A DNA stretch of 60,147 nucleotides, the filler included. It is 8 parts of 8 records of this genome, joined end to end, with 100 filler letters (N's around TTAATTAATTAA, not from the genome) between each part and the next. Parts side by side here need not be neighbours in the genome. Positions count along the whole stretch, not along the records: positions 34,283 to 41,701 come from SRR2962707_5104; positions 41,802 to 52,699 come from SRR2962707_5106; 6 more parts are not named here. One strand, given 5' to 3'. The position numbers were made by a program, and so were the translations under genes. Of the stretch, positions 34,990-46,162 are shown piece after piece (positions within the stretch are counted from its first letter, which is position 1; every line of letters starts with the position of its first letter). A model generated the notes under the pieces. The model saw only the letters and a program-made list of their open reading frames with translations, had not been told where the DNA came from and did no database searches.

Positions 34990-37900
34990 ATGCAACGATT
35001 CGTCACCTGGATGCTCATCGTGGCCATTATTTGCTGCATTGGGTATATTTATTCCTTACGGCATCAATACATTTCAATCGACGAGCTCACTAGCGCTCGC
35101 GATGCTCTCGCTCGGAGCCAGCTTGAAATGCAAGCCATAGTCAACGGCTATCAAGAGAAGATTGCACTCTTGATGGACGATGTTCACGACCTCGTGAGTG
35201 CTAAAGAAGACAATCAAGTCCCTATCCTCGGAGAAAAATCGCACAGCCATGATCAACGCAAATCAAAGCACTTCCTAGAACTTCAAAGAACTGTTACTCT
35301 TGATGCTGACGTTTTGGATCCGGATGCCGTTGCAGACTGCGGAAGTCGGTGTCGGGCCATGCACGAACTTGAGCGCTTGCAATGGTTTTGGGACAGCAAC
35401 GGTGGCAATTCGAATCAATTCGATCCTGTGAATTCACTGATTCAAGATGATGCACTTCCCAAACATCGCAATGGCGACGAAATTGTTGCAGTCTCATGCG
35501 CAGCTTTTTTGTGGAACTTCACGCGGCACATGCAGAAATCACAAGCAGTGTTGGACCGTCAAATATGGTTGGTGGGACCATCGTTGGAGTTGTTCATCGA
35601 AAACAACATGGACTTGGAGACCACTTCATTTGATAAACCAACTAGAGATGATGACGTACATCCGGGGAATTTCTGCGATCTTTATTTTGGAGTGTGGGAT
35701 AGCGGCGGCAACGATGAAGTCAGGGATATGGTTTCCACCTTTGCTGAACTTCTTGGAAGTTTGAGTGAGTCGATGACCCGCAATTGGGTTGGTATTGGCT
35801 TGTGGAATACATTCAATAGTGTGGGTGAAAATCAAGTGCTTCCGTAAGTTCTCGTGCTTGCGAATGTTTTTTCCTTCCTGTGTTTTCGGTCGTCATTGCC
35901 GCTACGGCAGGCCCAGTGGGGTGATGTTGTTGTTACTGAGCCAGTTTTTTGGATTCGATGGCACGATGATTTGTTGTTTTTTCGTGTGCAGGTACCGCTT
36001 ATTTGTTTTTTCTTTTCGGAATGCCACCAATTATGTCTGGCACTACGGACTGAAAAAGAAAACTGTCCAGGCCTTGAGCGAAGTGTGTCAACAAACATTT
36101 GTCGAAACGCGCAATGACCGAATACCGTCGCAGAATAGAAATAATTACTTTCAGTGAGATCGCAGTGTGTCATCGTCTCATGTTTGTTCTGATTTCTTGT
36201 ATTGTAGGTACAACTTCCGACAAATCGTTCAGTTCTTGGACATAGCCACGGGGCTCTGGCAAAGCTCGTATCAAGCGATTGCGTTTTTGCTCTTGCCCCA
36301 GAGGACCACCCCTTGGTTCGGATTTCATCTTCACGTTTTGAAGTTCAGTCAGTTAAATGGGTATGGAGCCACTCTAAAGACACACTCTTGGTCAATGTCC
36401 CTGGAAACGTGTGGATTTATCTTAGTAGTTTTCAGGGAGTGGCTCAAGACTATGTTCGTCGACATGTCTTTTCAGATTCTCTATCAAGAGGATCTATTTT
36501 GACTGCCTTGCAAGAATGTCTTTCTTCGCAACCTACAGCTCAGACTGCCCACAAGCTGCACCGAACTTGGAAGCGTGCGGTAGTTCACGATGGTTGTCGC
36601 CACGATAAAGTTCGCGATTTAACGAGCACAATGTGGGTTCAAGTCATGCCGTGGCAGTCGCTTGATTGGCTGGCATCACTTTATGGCACATCATCCGAAC
36701 AACTGCAGCGTATGAACGGGTTCCCGCATTTAACAAGTGCTGCAGTTTCAGGAGGCACGAGCACAACCCAGATCTGGACTATTCCAGAGTGGGTGCGTGT
36801 GCCAACTCAAGCAGCTGCAGCCACGTCTCTCTTCCACGACAAGCCCAAAATGCCGGAAAGGAATGCCAACCAAGGTTCCCGCCATCTTCTCTCTATCAGC
36901 AACGAAAGATTGCCTTCGGCTGATTTAGACTCTAGAGAGGGACGCAATCGCACATCCAATGTTCGTCACATCGGGAGTGACCTTGTTGAATGGTTGCGGG
37001 AGGCCCAGAAGACTGGAAGCAGCCACATGCGTGCACGCGGTGGTGAGTTCAATCATGCGTTGGATGTTGTCATGGATGACAAACAACTTGACGAACTCAA
37101 AAACATACCGCGACACGACGATCAAGCTGCTGACTATGTAGACTATGAAGATTTGTATTTTAGCATCAGCGACTATTCCTACTCAGCAGAAGAACATAAT
37201 GGTGCATTTCCTAAACGTCCTAACGTTGGCCGCAACAATCCGACACAGCCTGGTGAAGTCAGTTGGGATTGGATGCCCAAAGCTCCAGCAGCTTGCACGG
37301 ACACCTGTGGGCCTGAGTTTACGCACAACGGTATTTGTGAAGACGGGACCACCGACATCGATTCAAGCAAAGTGAAAGGTTTCCAAAGTGGTTCACCACC
37401 GTGCAACGTGGTATGCGGAACATATCCCAAAAATTGCTGATGATGCGACTGATGCGCACGTTTGGGCATCTTCTAACAATGTTGTGTAACTATTCTGCTT
37501 TCAGGGAACCGACTGCAGCGATTGTGTCAGCAATACGCGGGAGAGTCGTCACGTTGATGTGATTCTCAACGCAGATTCTTCAGAGTTGGAAATAGCGAGG
37601 CAACACGGAATCTCAATTGAGCTGCTACGCACCTTGAATGGTTTAGAAAACACCCAGCCGCAATTATTGCCGCGAGGTTCAGAGCTGTTGATTGCGCCCG
37701 ATACGCCAGATATGTCGCTCACGCAGCGTTGGATATACGGGGACGGTGCAAATCCTATCACTGTCGGATCGCAGGTGCTTGTGGACTGGACTCGCGACGG
37801 ACGAAATATTATTCATGGTGTTGTCATTGCAGTAGCGCTGCGTCGAGGCACAGTACGAATTGCACCGAACCCAGCAGCGAGGCGCTTCACTGGTGGAAGC

Positions 37901-40216
37901 GCTCGGTGGTTTTCGTCCGAACATATTTTTGTCTGGGACAGGCTTTTGCACTTTGACAGTGTTGAAGATCTTGCACAGAAAGCTTCATTACGCCGAGAAA
38001 AGCTTGAGGGTATGTGCGCGCGTGTTGTTCATGTCCTCAACATTCAAGGCAGAAATCCTTTGTCATCAAGCGATGACAACTTGCGGCACTGTCGTTCCTT
38101 GCTCGTCGATTGGCCCGCTTTAATTCCCATGTGTCTCGCATTGGTGTCTGGGTTCTAGGTGGGTCGTCATCGGATTCACCAGTGCCGATATACTTTGATC
38201 TTCCAGTATTTGTGCCCCAGAGTGTAGCTCTTGAAGCAGATGCCAAGCGCATCAATTTTGAATTCCAATTGCCAGCCACGTCACGAAAGGCAAACGTCAC
38301 AAATTGGGCCCTTCCATGGCAATCCTGGGTTCTTGCAACAGCTTGGTACCCAGACGCAAACCCCGTCACAGGAGTGAACACGCACATTGTGTGCAACTTA
38401 CTTTCAAAAGATGGCAGTGAATCGCCTCGCCCAGTTTCAGTGAATATCGTGCAGATCATCCCTCGAGTGGAGGTGCTGCCACAAGAGCACTTGGCTATAT
38501 CCACGCGGCGTTTGGATGCAACAGCACAAGTTCTTGTTGCTGCAGTTCTGTTTGAGCAGACCGTTGGTGGTCATTTCTTAAAGCAGCACTTGACCAGAAA
38601 GGGAGGTGTTGAGTCTCAGAATGCATCCTCCTTGGTACTTACAGAACTGGCACCAACAGCATCAATTCGTGGCCGGCGTATTTTCCTTTTGCATGATTCT
38701 GTTCAAGTGTGGGAACGAACTTGTTCTTTGCCGTTGCGATGGGCATCTGCCCCAGCCGTTGTGAATGGCTTCAACGAAAATGCAGCGGGTGACGAAGCCA
38801 ATGTAGTTCATTTTGGTATTTTTCTCGACAGTACCGACCAAGACAGTACTGCTGCAAGTGTCGTGGATGCACTGAAGGCCGTTGGATTTGAAGTGTCCAA
38901 CTGGAGACGCAGCAAAATGCAAAACCTTGACACTGGAATTTCTGGGAAAGGAGACGACTCCAGCGTTGTTCAAATCGATTTGACGGTCCCTACTGCCTGT
39001 GCGAGCCTTAAATCCCCGTTGATCACAGGAATCAACTCCCCACGTGCGTCAGCGGAAAGGGACATTCGTGACGTGGGTGTATTTCCCGTTAATGTGGAAG
39101 GTCGGTGTCCGGATCCAGAGCACCAACAGCTTGTATTTTTTGACAAGCACGATGCTGTAACTTTGCGGCTCAACTTTCTGCGTCAGCGGCTTTGCTTTGA
39201 AAACAGGGGTTTCCGCAGCACAGCATCCCCTAATTTTTCCTACAATCTGCCGCTTTGTGACAGTCGTCGCGCCAACGTCCAAATCCAGCGCGAGTGGTCA
39301 ATTTCATCGACGAAGTCACCAACTTCGAGTTCAACAATGCCAGGCGACTACTACTTTTGGACAGGCAAATTTCGCACAAAGGACGACGACGAATGGATCT
39401 CCGTGACAGAATCGCAGGTGCCACGTCCGCTGTGTTGGATTGACTTTCATGGACTCCGTGTGCCAGCTCAGTGTCGACTGTCAACTCTCTGATCACGGTC
39501 GCTCAATCTCAGCCTGTAGAGCAAATCTGGACCGGATAACCAATCAAAATGGTGGTTGCTTATTCTCAAGGCTTTCATTGGTGTAACTCTCCGTCTGGCT
39601 TTCCGTGGCTGCATTCGTCAAGGCACAACAATCGTGACTTAAGAGATCGTTTCGACAACGGACGGAAAAGTGTGGTATTGAAATCCTGATCAACAAGACT
39701 AGCAACTTGCAAACGCATTTGTACGTGACGTAACGACTCATTATTATTGGATTCTATGGAATGTATGTTCATTTAAAACGCGTTACCAAGCACGACAGAA
39801 GAATCCGTAGTTTTTTTCATGTTCAATCGCTCACAGAGACAATGCTTTTCGTGTCATCGCAGCGCCACGTTGATTGGGGTAAGAGAGCCATCTTTTTCGG
39901 CATGCATCCATCCCGAGTCGGATTTCACTACGTTGAGGATTGGACGTTGGTCGGGTGGCCGGGCTATGGCCCCGCCACAACAATCAATCACAGTCGTTGG
40001 AGCGACGATCCCGACACCACCTTCAGCCTCGACCGAGACCACTTTGAATTCTACCGGTGGCTGAGCGCCGCTGCACACCACGAACCGATCGCCAGTCTGA
40101 ATACAAAAATACGAATTCAAGAAAAAAGGCTCCAAGTACCTGGTTTCCAACCATTTCCAAACACCGTGAAAACCGAGCATTGTCTAGCATACATAGCATA
40201 CATCGATGATATGTAA
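34990..40216 (+). CDS. Large multi-exon type II membrane or secreted protein with LysM-like domains and a Cys-rich module
   Basis: N-terminal anchor FVTWMLIVAIICCIGYIYSL plus coiled coil. LysM-like segments: VQVMPWQSLDWLASLYGTSSEQLQRMNG and SELEIARQHGISIELLRTLNGL..LPRGSELLIAP. CTDTC..NGICEDG..CNV|GTDCSDC spans intron 37411-37504. Start and 3' exons are approximate. Confidence 0.65.
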
Positions 40217-40296
40217 CAAAGTTCCATTGAACACAAATTACAGCGCAAGCAGCAGTTGACAAAGATGAAAAAGCATCTCACTCCAAAGTCATTTCT

Positions 40297-41311
40297 TCAG
40301 GTGCGTATTGTATTCCAGCAGCTTTCAGCGAATCCGCAAACGGCAAAATCGTCACTGCTGTTGCATAAACACACATTTCCTGTTCCGAAATCTGTCAGTG
40401 ATACCAACAAATCAAAACCAAATGTGCAATTGATGTCTCTATATACAGACTTTGTTCTGGTCTTGAGAGCATACAAGCAATCGGCCGGTATCGCACTTGC
40501 CGTAATCCACGACCCCACACTGACGTCCAAGTTGACTCGCAGCTCTTTGTCTGCTCTGATTGTTTTCTCGGGCAGATCGCTTTCAAGAACAACAATGGCT
40601 TTCGTTGTTTTTCCATTGAAAGAAGTAAGACAAACAACGTCACCAACGAAAAGTCCCAGTTTTTTCAAAGTATCCTCTGCAACCATCACAGCCCCGTGCC
40701 GGCGAATCGGCATCTTAGCAACTCGGACAGAGCCAGGACCACAAGGAACACATAACATAGTGATGGGTACATCACCTACAACAACAACAACAACAAGAGT
40801 GAGATTTCAATACTTTCCGCTGTCAATGCGGTCGGGAACTCTCAAACACAACATGATCTGCACCTTTCAGGCCAGCGTCGCCCAGAGTCAATGTGTCGCC
40901 TTTTATTTCCGGTCCCCCATGTCCCAAAAAAAAATTCACCCCATTGTGTGTCGCTAGCTTTGCAAAAAGCTCCTTAACTGTTGCATTTTGATCCATTTCA
41001 ATGCTGCAAACTGGTTTTCCCGATCCAACTGCCTCAATTTCCAGCCGCAAAAGGCCGCTTTTGGCTGAAGAATCGCTGTCGTTTCTTCCAACATCTGTAC
41101 AACGAGCCGCAGCTTCTGCGACAGCACCGCCAAACAGAAACTGCGAGATGCAAACTCGGACCCGGGGTTGGAGTCCACCAAACCACAAGTGAAACACCCG
41201 GCACAAATTCTCCTTTTCCTGCCTGTTGTTGATCATAACGGTTCCTCCTGCACCACCACGCTGGTGTTCTGGAGACTCCATCGAACGACTGACTTTGGAC
41301 GCCTCCTCCAC
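40297..41311 (-). CDS. Small protein with a ubiquitin-like domain and a CDC48/p97 N-terminal (double-psi barrel)-like domain; intron 40776-40863
   Basis: UBL pattern SIEMDQNATVKELFAKL..TLTLGDAGLKG; TLKKLGLFVGDVVCL..TTKAIV..IRADKELRVNLDVSVGSWI resembles the p97 N-domain. Confidence 0.65.
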
Positions 41312-41701
41312 AATGCTTCACGAAGTAGACTCGCTGTTTCCCAGTTCGTTGTGTTCATTACGCGCACACATCATTTCTTTTCGAGTATCTGTATGTAGCG
41401 ACAAACAAACAAACAAACAAAATGCCGTTCAACTGTAACTGTTTTCTGTTTGCGCTCGTCTATCTACGTCGCCTTCTACACCAAACAACACAACAACACG
41501 TTCTTGAAGTCAGGGATCACAAGAGAGAGATCAAAAGGCGACGCGGGTGCGTGCAAGGAGAGAGAGCCCCAACTTGAACGGACCACTCGCTACGACCCCT
41601 CACTCACACGATACTAAAAAAAATACCGGTACCGATAGAAACTCGTCGGCGCTTGCACGAAGAGAAGAAAAGAAAAAAGAAAAAAGAGAAGAAAAAAAAA
41701 A

Positions 41702-41801
41702 NNNNNNNNNNNNNNNNNNNNNNNNNNNNNNNNNNNNNNNNNNNNTTAATTAATTAANNNNNNNNNNNNNNNNNNNNNNNNNNNNNNNNNNNNNNNNNNN
41801 N
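41702..41801. other. Artificial contig spacer
   Basis: Same linker. Confidence 0.99.
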
Positions 41802-42003
41802 AAATAGGATCGACGAACGTCTAAAGGGGTTAGCTTTGTTTCGGTTGGGTGCCACCGTTATCGGCCTATTTTGTACAGTTGCAAACAACAACAGTGCTCC
41901 GGTTGCTCTTGCTGCGTAAGCAGTAAGAAAGACCAAAACTTAAGTCCTTGCGCCTAGCAGTGTAAGGCGGGGTTCGTAGGCACCTGGCAACAGAAGCCTA
42001 CAC
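41802..42003 (+). ncRNA. ssrA: tmRNA, coding piece of an alphaproteobacterial two-piece permuted gene, truncated at contig start; tag ANNNSAPVALAA* at 41881-41919
   Basis: Begins AAATAGGATCGAC, the conserved segment just after the tmRNA 5' end. Resume codon GCA opens a tag frame ending ALAA-TAA. The alpha-type CCTGGCAACAGAA motif is near the 3' end, and sspB lies nearby. Confidence 0.9.
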
Positions 42004-42129
42004 TTACCGCTCCCGACCAGATGAATGCCATTCAGGGCCGACAAAGATGTCGCGACCTTCTCATCCTGCTATACGTCAACGCCTTTCATGGCTAAGACCA
42101 TCGGGAAATTGGTCGAGGACGCAATAACC

Positions 42130-43377
42130 ATGTCTCCAACGCACTCAGAAATGTTCCGGGTTTTTGGACGCATTGGACTAATGTCCTTTGGGGGTCCGGC
42201 AGCGCAGATCGGCGTCATGCATCGCGAGCTGGTGGACGAGGCCAAATGGATGAGCGAAAAGCAATTCCTGTCCGCCCTTAGTTTTTGCATGTTGTTACCC
42301 GGCCCAGAGGCGATGCAACTGGCAACCTATGCCGGTTGGCGCATGAAGGGCGTCGCTGGCGGATTAATGGCAGGCGCGTTGTTCGTACTGCCCGGCGCTC
42401 TCGTGATCGCCTGTCTGTCCCTGCTCTATGTCTCATACGGAACCCACCCAACCGTGGCCCCCATCTTATTGGGGATCAAAGCCACCGTGATCGTCATTGT
42501 TTTCAACGCATTGTACAAGCTGACGCAAAAGGCGCTGATTGACCATGTCTCGAAAATTTTGGCCGTTCTGGCGTTTGTCGGGATTTTTTTTCTGTCCGTC
42601 CCCTTCCCGGCCATCATATTTTGCGCCGCACTTGTCGGGTTTTTCATGCCGAGCCAAGACCAATCCAGCCCACAGCCGTGGCCAAAACAAGCGACCAGCC
42701 TGCGTACAATTCTAATTTGGAGCACATTATGGCTGTTCCCGCTCCCCGTCTTATACGCTTTGGATCAAAACTTGCTGTTTGATATGAGCCTATTTTTCGC
42801 CAAGCTCGCAGTCGTGACATTCGGCGGCGCCTACGCCGTTTTGGCCTATATGGCCCAAGAAGTTGTCAACGGATTTGGCTGGCTCAGCACAACTCAAATG
42901 GTCGATGCTTTGGGAATGGCTGAGACAACGCCAGGGCCGCTCATCCTTGTTACTCAATTTGTCGGGATGGTCACAGGGGCCGCTCACGGCGGCATTCCCA
43001 TGGCGATTTTCGCAGGAATTCTCACACTTTGGATGACCTTTGTGCCTTGTTTCCTTTGGATTTTTTCCGGAGCACCTTACATTGACGCGGCTTTGTCCCG
43101 CCCAAGGCTACGTCAATCGCTGGCCTATATCTCAGCCGCAGTTGTTGGCGTCATTCTGAACCTGACTTTGTGGTTCAGTCTCCATGTTTTGTTCCGGGAA
43201 GTTACGGCACAAAAGATTGGAGCGCTGTCTTATCCAAAACTCTCTTTCATCTCCTTGGATGGCCACGCAATCGTGCTTGTTTTCCTCGCTGCCCTTATTT
43301 TAGGCCCTTTAAAACGCGGCCCTCTCTTGGCAATTCCGCTCATGGGAGGTATCGCGTGGCTGACCAATTGGGTGTAA
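42130..43377 (+). CDS. chrA: Chromate ion transporter (long-chain CHR family)
   Basis: Two CHR repeats: SFGGPAAQI..LPGPEAMQLATYAGW and TFGGAYAVL..AETTPGPLI. ATG 42130 with GAGG upstream is preferred over the longer ORF start. Confidence 0.93.
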   Translation: MSPTHSEMFRVFGRIGLMSFGGPAAQIGVMHRELVDEAKWMSEKQFLSALSFCMLLPGPEAMQLATYAGWRMKGVAGGLMAGALFVLPGALVIACLSLLYVSYGTHPTVAPILLGIKATVIVIVFNALYKLTQKALIDHVSKILAVLAFVGIFFLSVPFPAIIFCAALVGFFMPSQDQSSPQPWPKQATSLRTILIWSTLWLFPLPVLYALDQNLLFDMSLFFAKLAVVTFGGAYAVLAYMAQEVVNGFGWLSTTQMVDALGMAETTPGPLILVTQFVGMVTGAAHGGIPMAIFAGILTLWMTFVPCFLWIFSGAPYIDAALSRPRLRQSLAYISAAVVGVILNLTLWFSLHVLFREVTAQKIGALSYPKLSFISLDGHAIVLVFLAALILGPLKRGPLLAIPLMGGIAWLTNWV

Positions 43378-43469
43378 ATCTTTGTGACAATGCAACGAAT
43401 TTAGTTTGATGGTCTTTTGTTTCCGGTAAAATGGAATATGCTTGTCTAATTGCGAAAGGAACGGTTGGC

Positions 43470-43943
43470 ATGGCACGCAGCATTGATTACGGCAATCTTA
43501 TGCATCGGGCGATGCGGGGGCTTATTCATGAGGTTCTGACGGGCATCCAATCCGATGGGCTTCCCGGCGATCACCACTTCTTCATCACCTTTGACACTGG
43601 TCATCCGGATGTAGAAATCGCTGATTGGCTGTCAGACCGTTATCCCGGTGATATGACAGTGGTCATGCAGCATTGGTATGACGATCTTAATGTGAATGAC
43701 GATGGCTTCACCGTGACCTTGAACTTTGGCGACGCGCCAGAGCGTCTTTATATCCCCTTTGATTCGATCAAAACCTTCGTCGACCCGTCCGTTGAATTTG
43801 GTCTGCGGTTTGAGAATCAGGACGAGGAAGAAGACGTCATCGCTCCGGTTCCTGTGGCGGTCGAAGAGGTTGATCCCACCGAGCCCAGTGAAGATGCGAC
43901 AAAAGACGCAGATGTGGTAAGTTTGGACAGTTTCCGTAAGTAG
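43470..43943 (+). CDS. sspB: Alphaproteobacterial SspB-family ClpXP adaptor
   Basis: GLPGDHHFFITF, YPGDMTVVMQHW, FVDPSVEFGLRF, acidic tail, terminal VVSLDSFRK. Confidence 0.9.
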   Translation: MARSIDYGNLMHRAMRGLIHEVLTGIQSDGLPGDHHFFITFDTGHPDVEIADWLSDRYPGDMTVVMQHWYDDLNVNDDGFTVTLNFGDAPERLYIPFDSIKTFVDPSVEFGLRFENQDEEEDVIAPVPVAVEEVDPTEPSEDATKDADVVSLDSFRK

Positions 43944-44175
43944 AGCGTGAAACGGACATGTTAGCGCCTAGAGTCCGCATCTGATCAGATTTCGCTGGCA
44001 TTCTCTGTCTGATTGCGAACCATTTGCGTGATATTCATGTGATCTGTAGGCAGCCAAAGCTTGCGTCAGAGCGCTGATACTTTAAACAAATCCGCAACCC
44101 CGCGCGCATCTGAAAGATTGCTTTTTCTTGAGCTCTTCGGTATGCGGCATACAATTGCATACTAAGGAGCGAGAC

Positions 44176-45570
44176 ATGACCGCGACCCGTACAGAAACCG
44201 ACAGCTTCGGCCCGCTAGAAGTTCCTGCAGACAAATACTGGGGCGCACAAACCCAGCGTTCGATCATCAATTTCCCGATTGGTTGGGAAAAGCAGCCCAT
44301 CGCAATTGTCCGCGCATTAGGCGTAATCAAAAAAGCCTGCGCCCAGGCGAACCTAGAATTCGGCAATCTAGATGAAACACGCGCAAACGCGATCATTCAA
44401 GCCGCTGGCGAAGTGTATGAAGGCAAGTTTGACGACAACTTCCCACTCGTGGTTTGGCAAACAGGCTCCGGCACCCAGTCCAACATGAATTCAAACGAAG
44501 TCATTGCGAACCGTGCGATTGAAATTCTGGGCGGCGTGATCGGGTCCAAAGATCCCGTACACCCGAATGATCACTGCAACATGGGTCAGTCTTCAAACGA
44601 CACTTTCCCGACAGCGATGCATATCGCCACTGCGATGACCGCCCATGATGTCCTTCTTCCAGGTTTGGAAAAACTGCACGCGGCAATGCAGAAGAAAACA
44701 GAAGAATTCGAAGGCATTATCAAGATTGGACGCACCCATACTCAGGACGCGACACCGCTCACCCTCAGCCAGGAATTCTCAGGTTACACCCACCAGATCG
44801 CCATGGGCATCCGCCGTGTGCGCACAGCTCTGGAAGCCGTCTATGAACTGGCACAAGGCGGCACCGCCGTGGGCACAGGATTGAATACTAAGGTAGGCTG
44901 GTCAGAATTGGTCGCCAAGAACATGGCCGACATCACAGACCTGCCATTCGTCACCGCGCCAAACAAGTTTGAGGCGCTTGCTGCCCATGACGCGATGGTC
45001 GAAATCTCAGGCGCGTTGAAAACTGTCGCGGCCTCTTTGTTCAAGATTGCCAATGACATTCGTCTTCTCGGCTCCGGCCCGCGCTGCGGTCTGGGGGAAT
45101 TGGTGCTTCCTGAAAACGAGCCCGGTAGCTCGATCATGCCCGGCAAAGTAAATCCAACCCAATGCGAAGCGCTGACCCAAGTTTGCGCTCATGTCATGGG
45201 CAACGATGCTGCCGTCGGATTTGCCGGCAGTCAGGGTCACTTTGAGCTCAATGTGTATAAACCGATGATGGCGTATAACGTCCTGCAATCCATGCAGCTT
45301 TTGGGCGATTCCTGCTCAGCCTTCACCGATAACCTGGTGGTAGGCCTGCAAGCCGATAAAGTCCGTATCGAAAAACTCATGCGCGAATCTTTGATGTTGG
45401 TCACCGCCTTGGCGCCGCAAATCGGCTATGACAACGCGACCAAAGTGGCGAAAACGGCTCATAAGAACGGTACAACCCTCAAAGAAGAGGCCATCGCTCT
45501 TGGCTTCGTCGATGCGGAAACCTTCGAAAAAGTGGTGCGTCCCGAAAACATGATCGGCCCAAAGGCCTAA
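44176..45570 (+). CDS. fumC: Class II fumarate hydratase
   Basis: [54 protein letters not shown]. Confidence 0.97.
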   Translation: MTATRTETDSFGPLEVPADKYWGAQTQRSIINFPIGWEKQPIAIVRALGVIKKACAQANLEFGNLDETRANAIIQAAGEVYEGKFDDNFPLVVWQTGSGTQSNMNSNEVIANRAIEILGGVIGSKDPVHPNDHCNMGQSSNDTFPTAMHIATAMTAHDVLLPGLEKLHAAMQKKTEEFEGIIKIGRTHTQDATPLTLSQEFSGYTHQIAMGIRRVRTALEAVYELAQGGTAVGTGLNTKVGWSELVAKNMADITDLPFVTAPNKFEALAAHDAMVEISGALKTVAASLFKIANDIRLLGSGPRCGLGELVLPENEPGSSIMPGKVNPTQCEALTQVCAHVMGNDAAVGFAGSQGHFELNVYKPMMAYNVLQSMQLLGDSCSAFTDNLVVGLQADKVRIEKLMRESLMLVTALAPQIGYDNATKVAKTAHKNGTTLKEEAIALGFVDAETFEKVVRPENMIGPKA

Positions 45571-45579
45571 CGACTAATC

Positions 45580-45601
45580 GGGGCGGCGCATCAGCCGCCC
45601 C
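45580..45601. terminator. GC-rich hairpin after fumC (possible terminator or mRNA-stabilising stem)
   Basis: GGGGCGGC-GCATCA-GCCGCCCC, 8-bp stem, no clear U tract. Confidence 0.45.
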
Positions 45602-45742
45602 AATACGTCCAAGAGCTGCGGTGCCGATCACAGGGCGCCCGCCCCTCATCTTCTCTTCCCAAATACGCAAAAAAATCGGCCAGCCAAAGATCCTGGCAAA
45701 CATCGCTCTGGACCTGTCAGCGACAACAGCTATCCTGACGAC

Positions 45743-45916
45743 ATGAGCACAGTGACCAACCTCAACAAATTTCGCAAACAAAAGGCCCGCAGTGAAAAAT
45801 CCGCGCGCGCCTCGGAAAACACTGTGAAATTTGGCCAAAGCAAACCGCAGAAACAACGTCAGAAAACGCTCTCGGACAAAATGTCCAAAGACCTCGACGG
45901 CAAGAAAATGGAATGA
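45743..45916 (+). CDS. DUF4169-like small basic protein (57 aa; absent from the ORF track)
   Basis: MSTVTNLNKFRKQKARSEKSARASENTVKFGQSK...LDGKKME; stop overlaps the next start (ATGA). Confidence 0.8.
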   Translation: MSTVTNLNKFRKQKARSEKSARASENTVKFGQSKPQKQRQKTLSDKMSKDLDGKKME

Positions 45917-46140
45917 GCGGACGACCTGCGAAACGGTCTCTGACGTTGCGTGGCCACCGCACGTCGGTGTCCTTGGAAGACCCGTTTTGGCAGGCCTTCA
46001 GGTCGATTGCCGCCGCGCAGGGAAAACCCATCAATGCGCTTGCTGCAGAGATTGACGAGGCCCGCGACTTAGATGTCGGATTGGCCTCCTCAATTCGCTT
46101 ATTTGTCTTGTCCTGGTACCAGGATCAGAGCGCGTCTTAG
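45913..46140 (+). CDS. Ribbon-helix-helix domain protein (RHH_4 type)
   Basis: KRSLTLRGHRTSVSLEDPFW..LAAEID..LASSIRLFVL. Confidence 0.88.
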   Translation: MSGRPAKRSLTLRGHRTSVSLEDPFWQAFRSIAAAQGKPINALAAEIDEARDLDVGLASSIRLFVLSWYQDQSAS

Positions 46141-46162
46141 AGCGAGATCCTCCCGCTTAAGA

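Noticed and set aside
42025-42129. N-terminal extension of chrA in the ORF track (similar extensions on sspB, fumC, the aminotransferase and the RND adaptor)
   Set aside because: Family-typical starts, mostly with ribosome-binding sites, lie downstream; the extensions are longest-ORF artefacts.
45645-45675. CTTCTCTTCCCAAATACGC as a small intergenic repeat
   Set aside because: Only one copy in the window, so it cannot be supported here.
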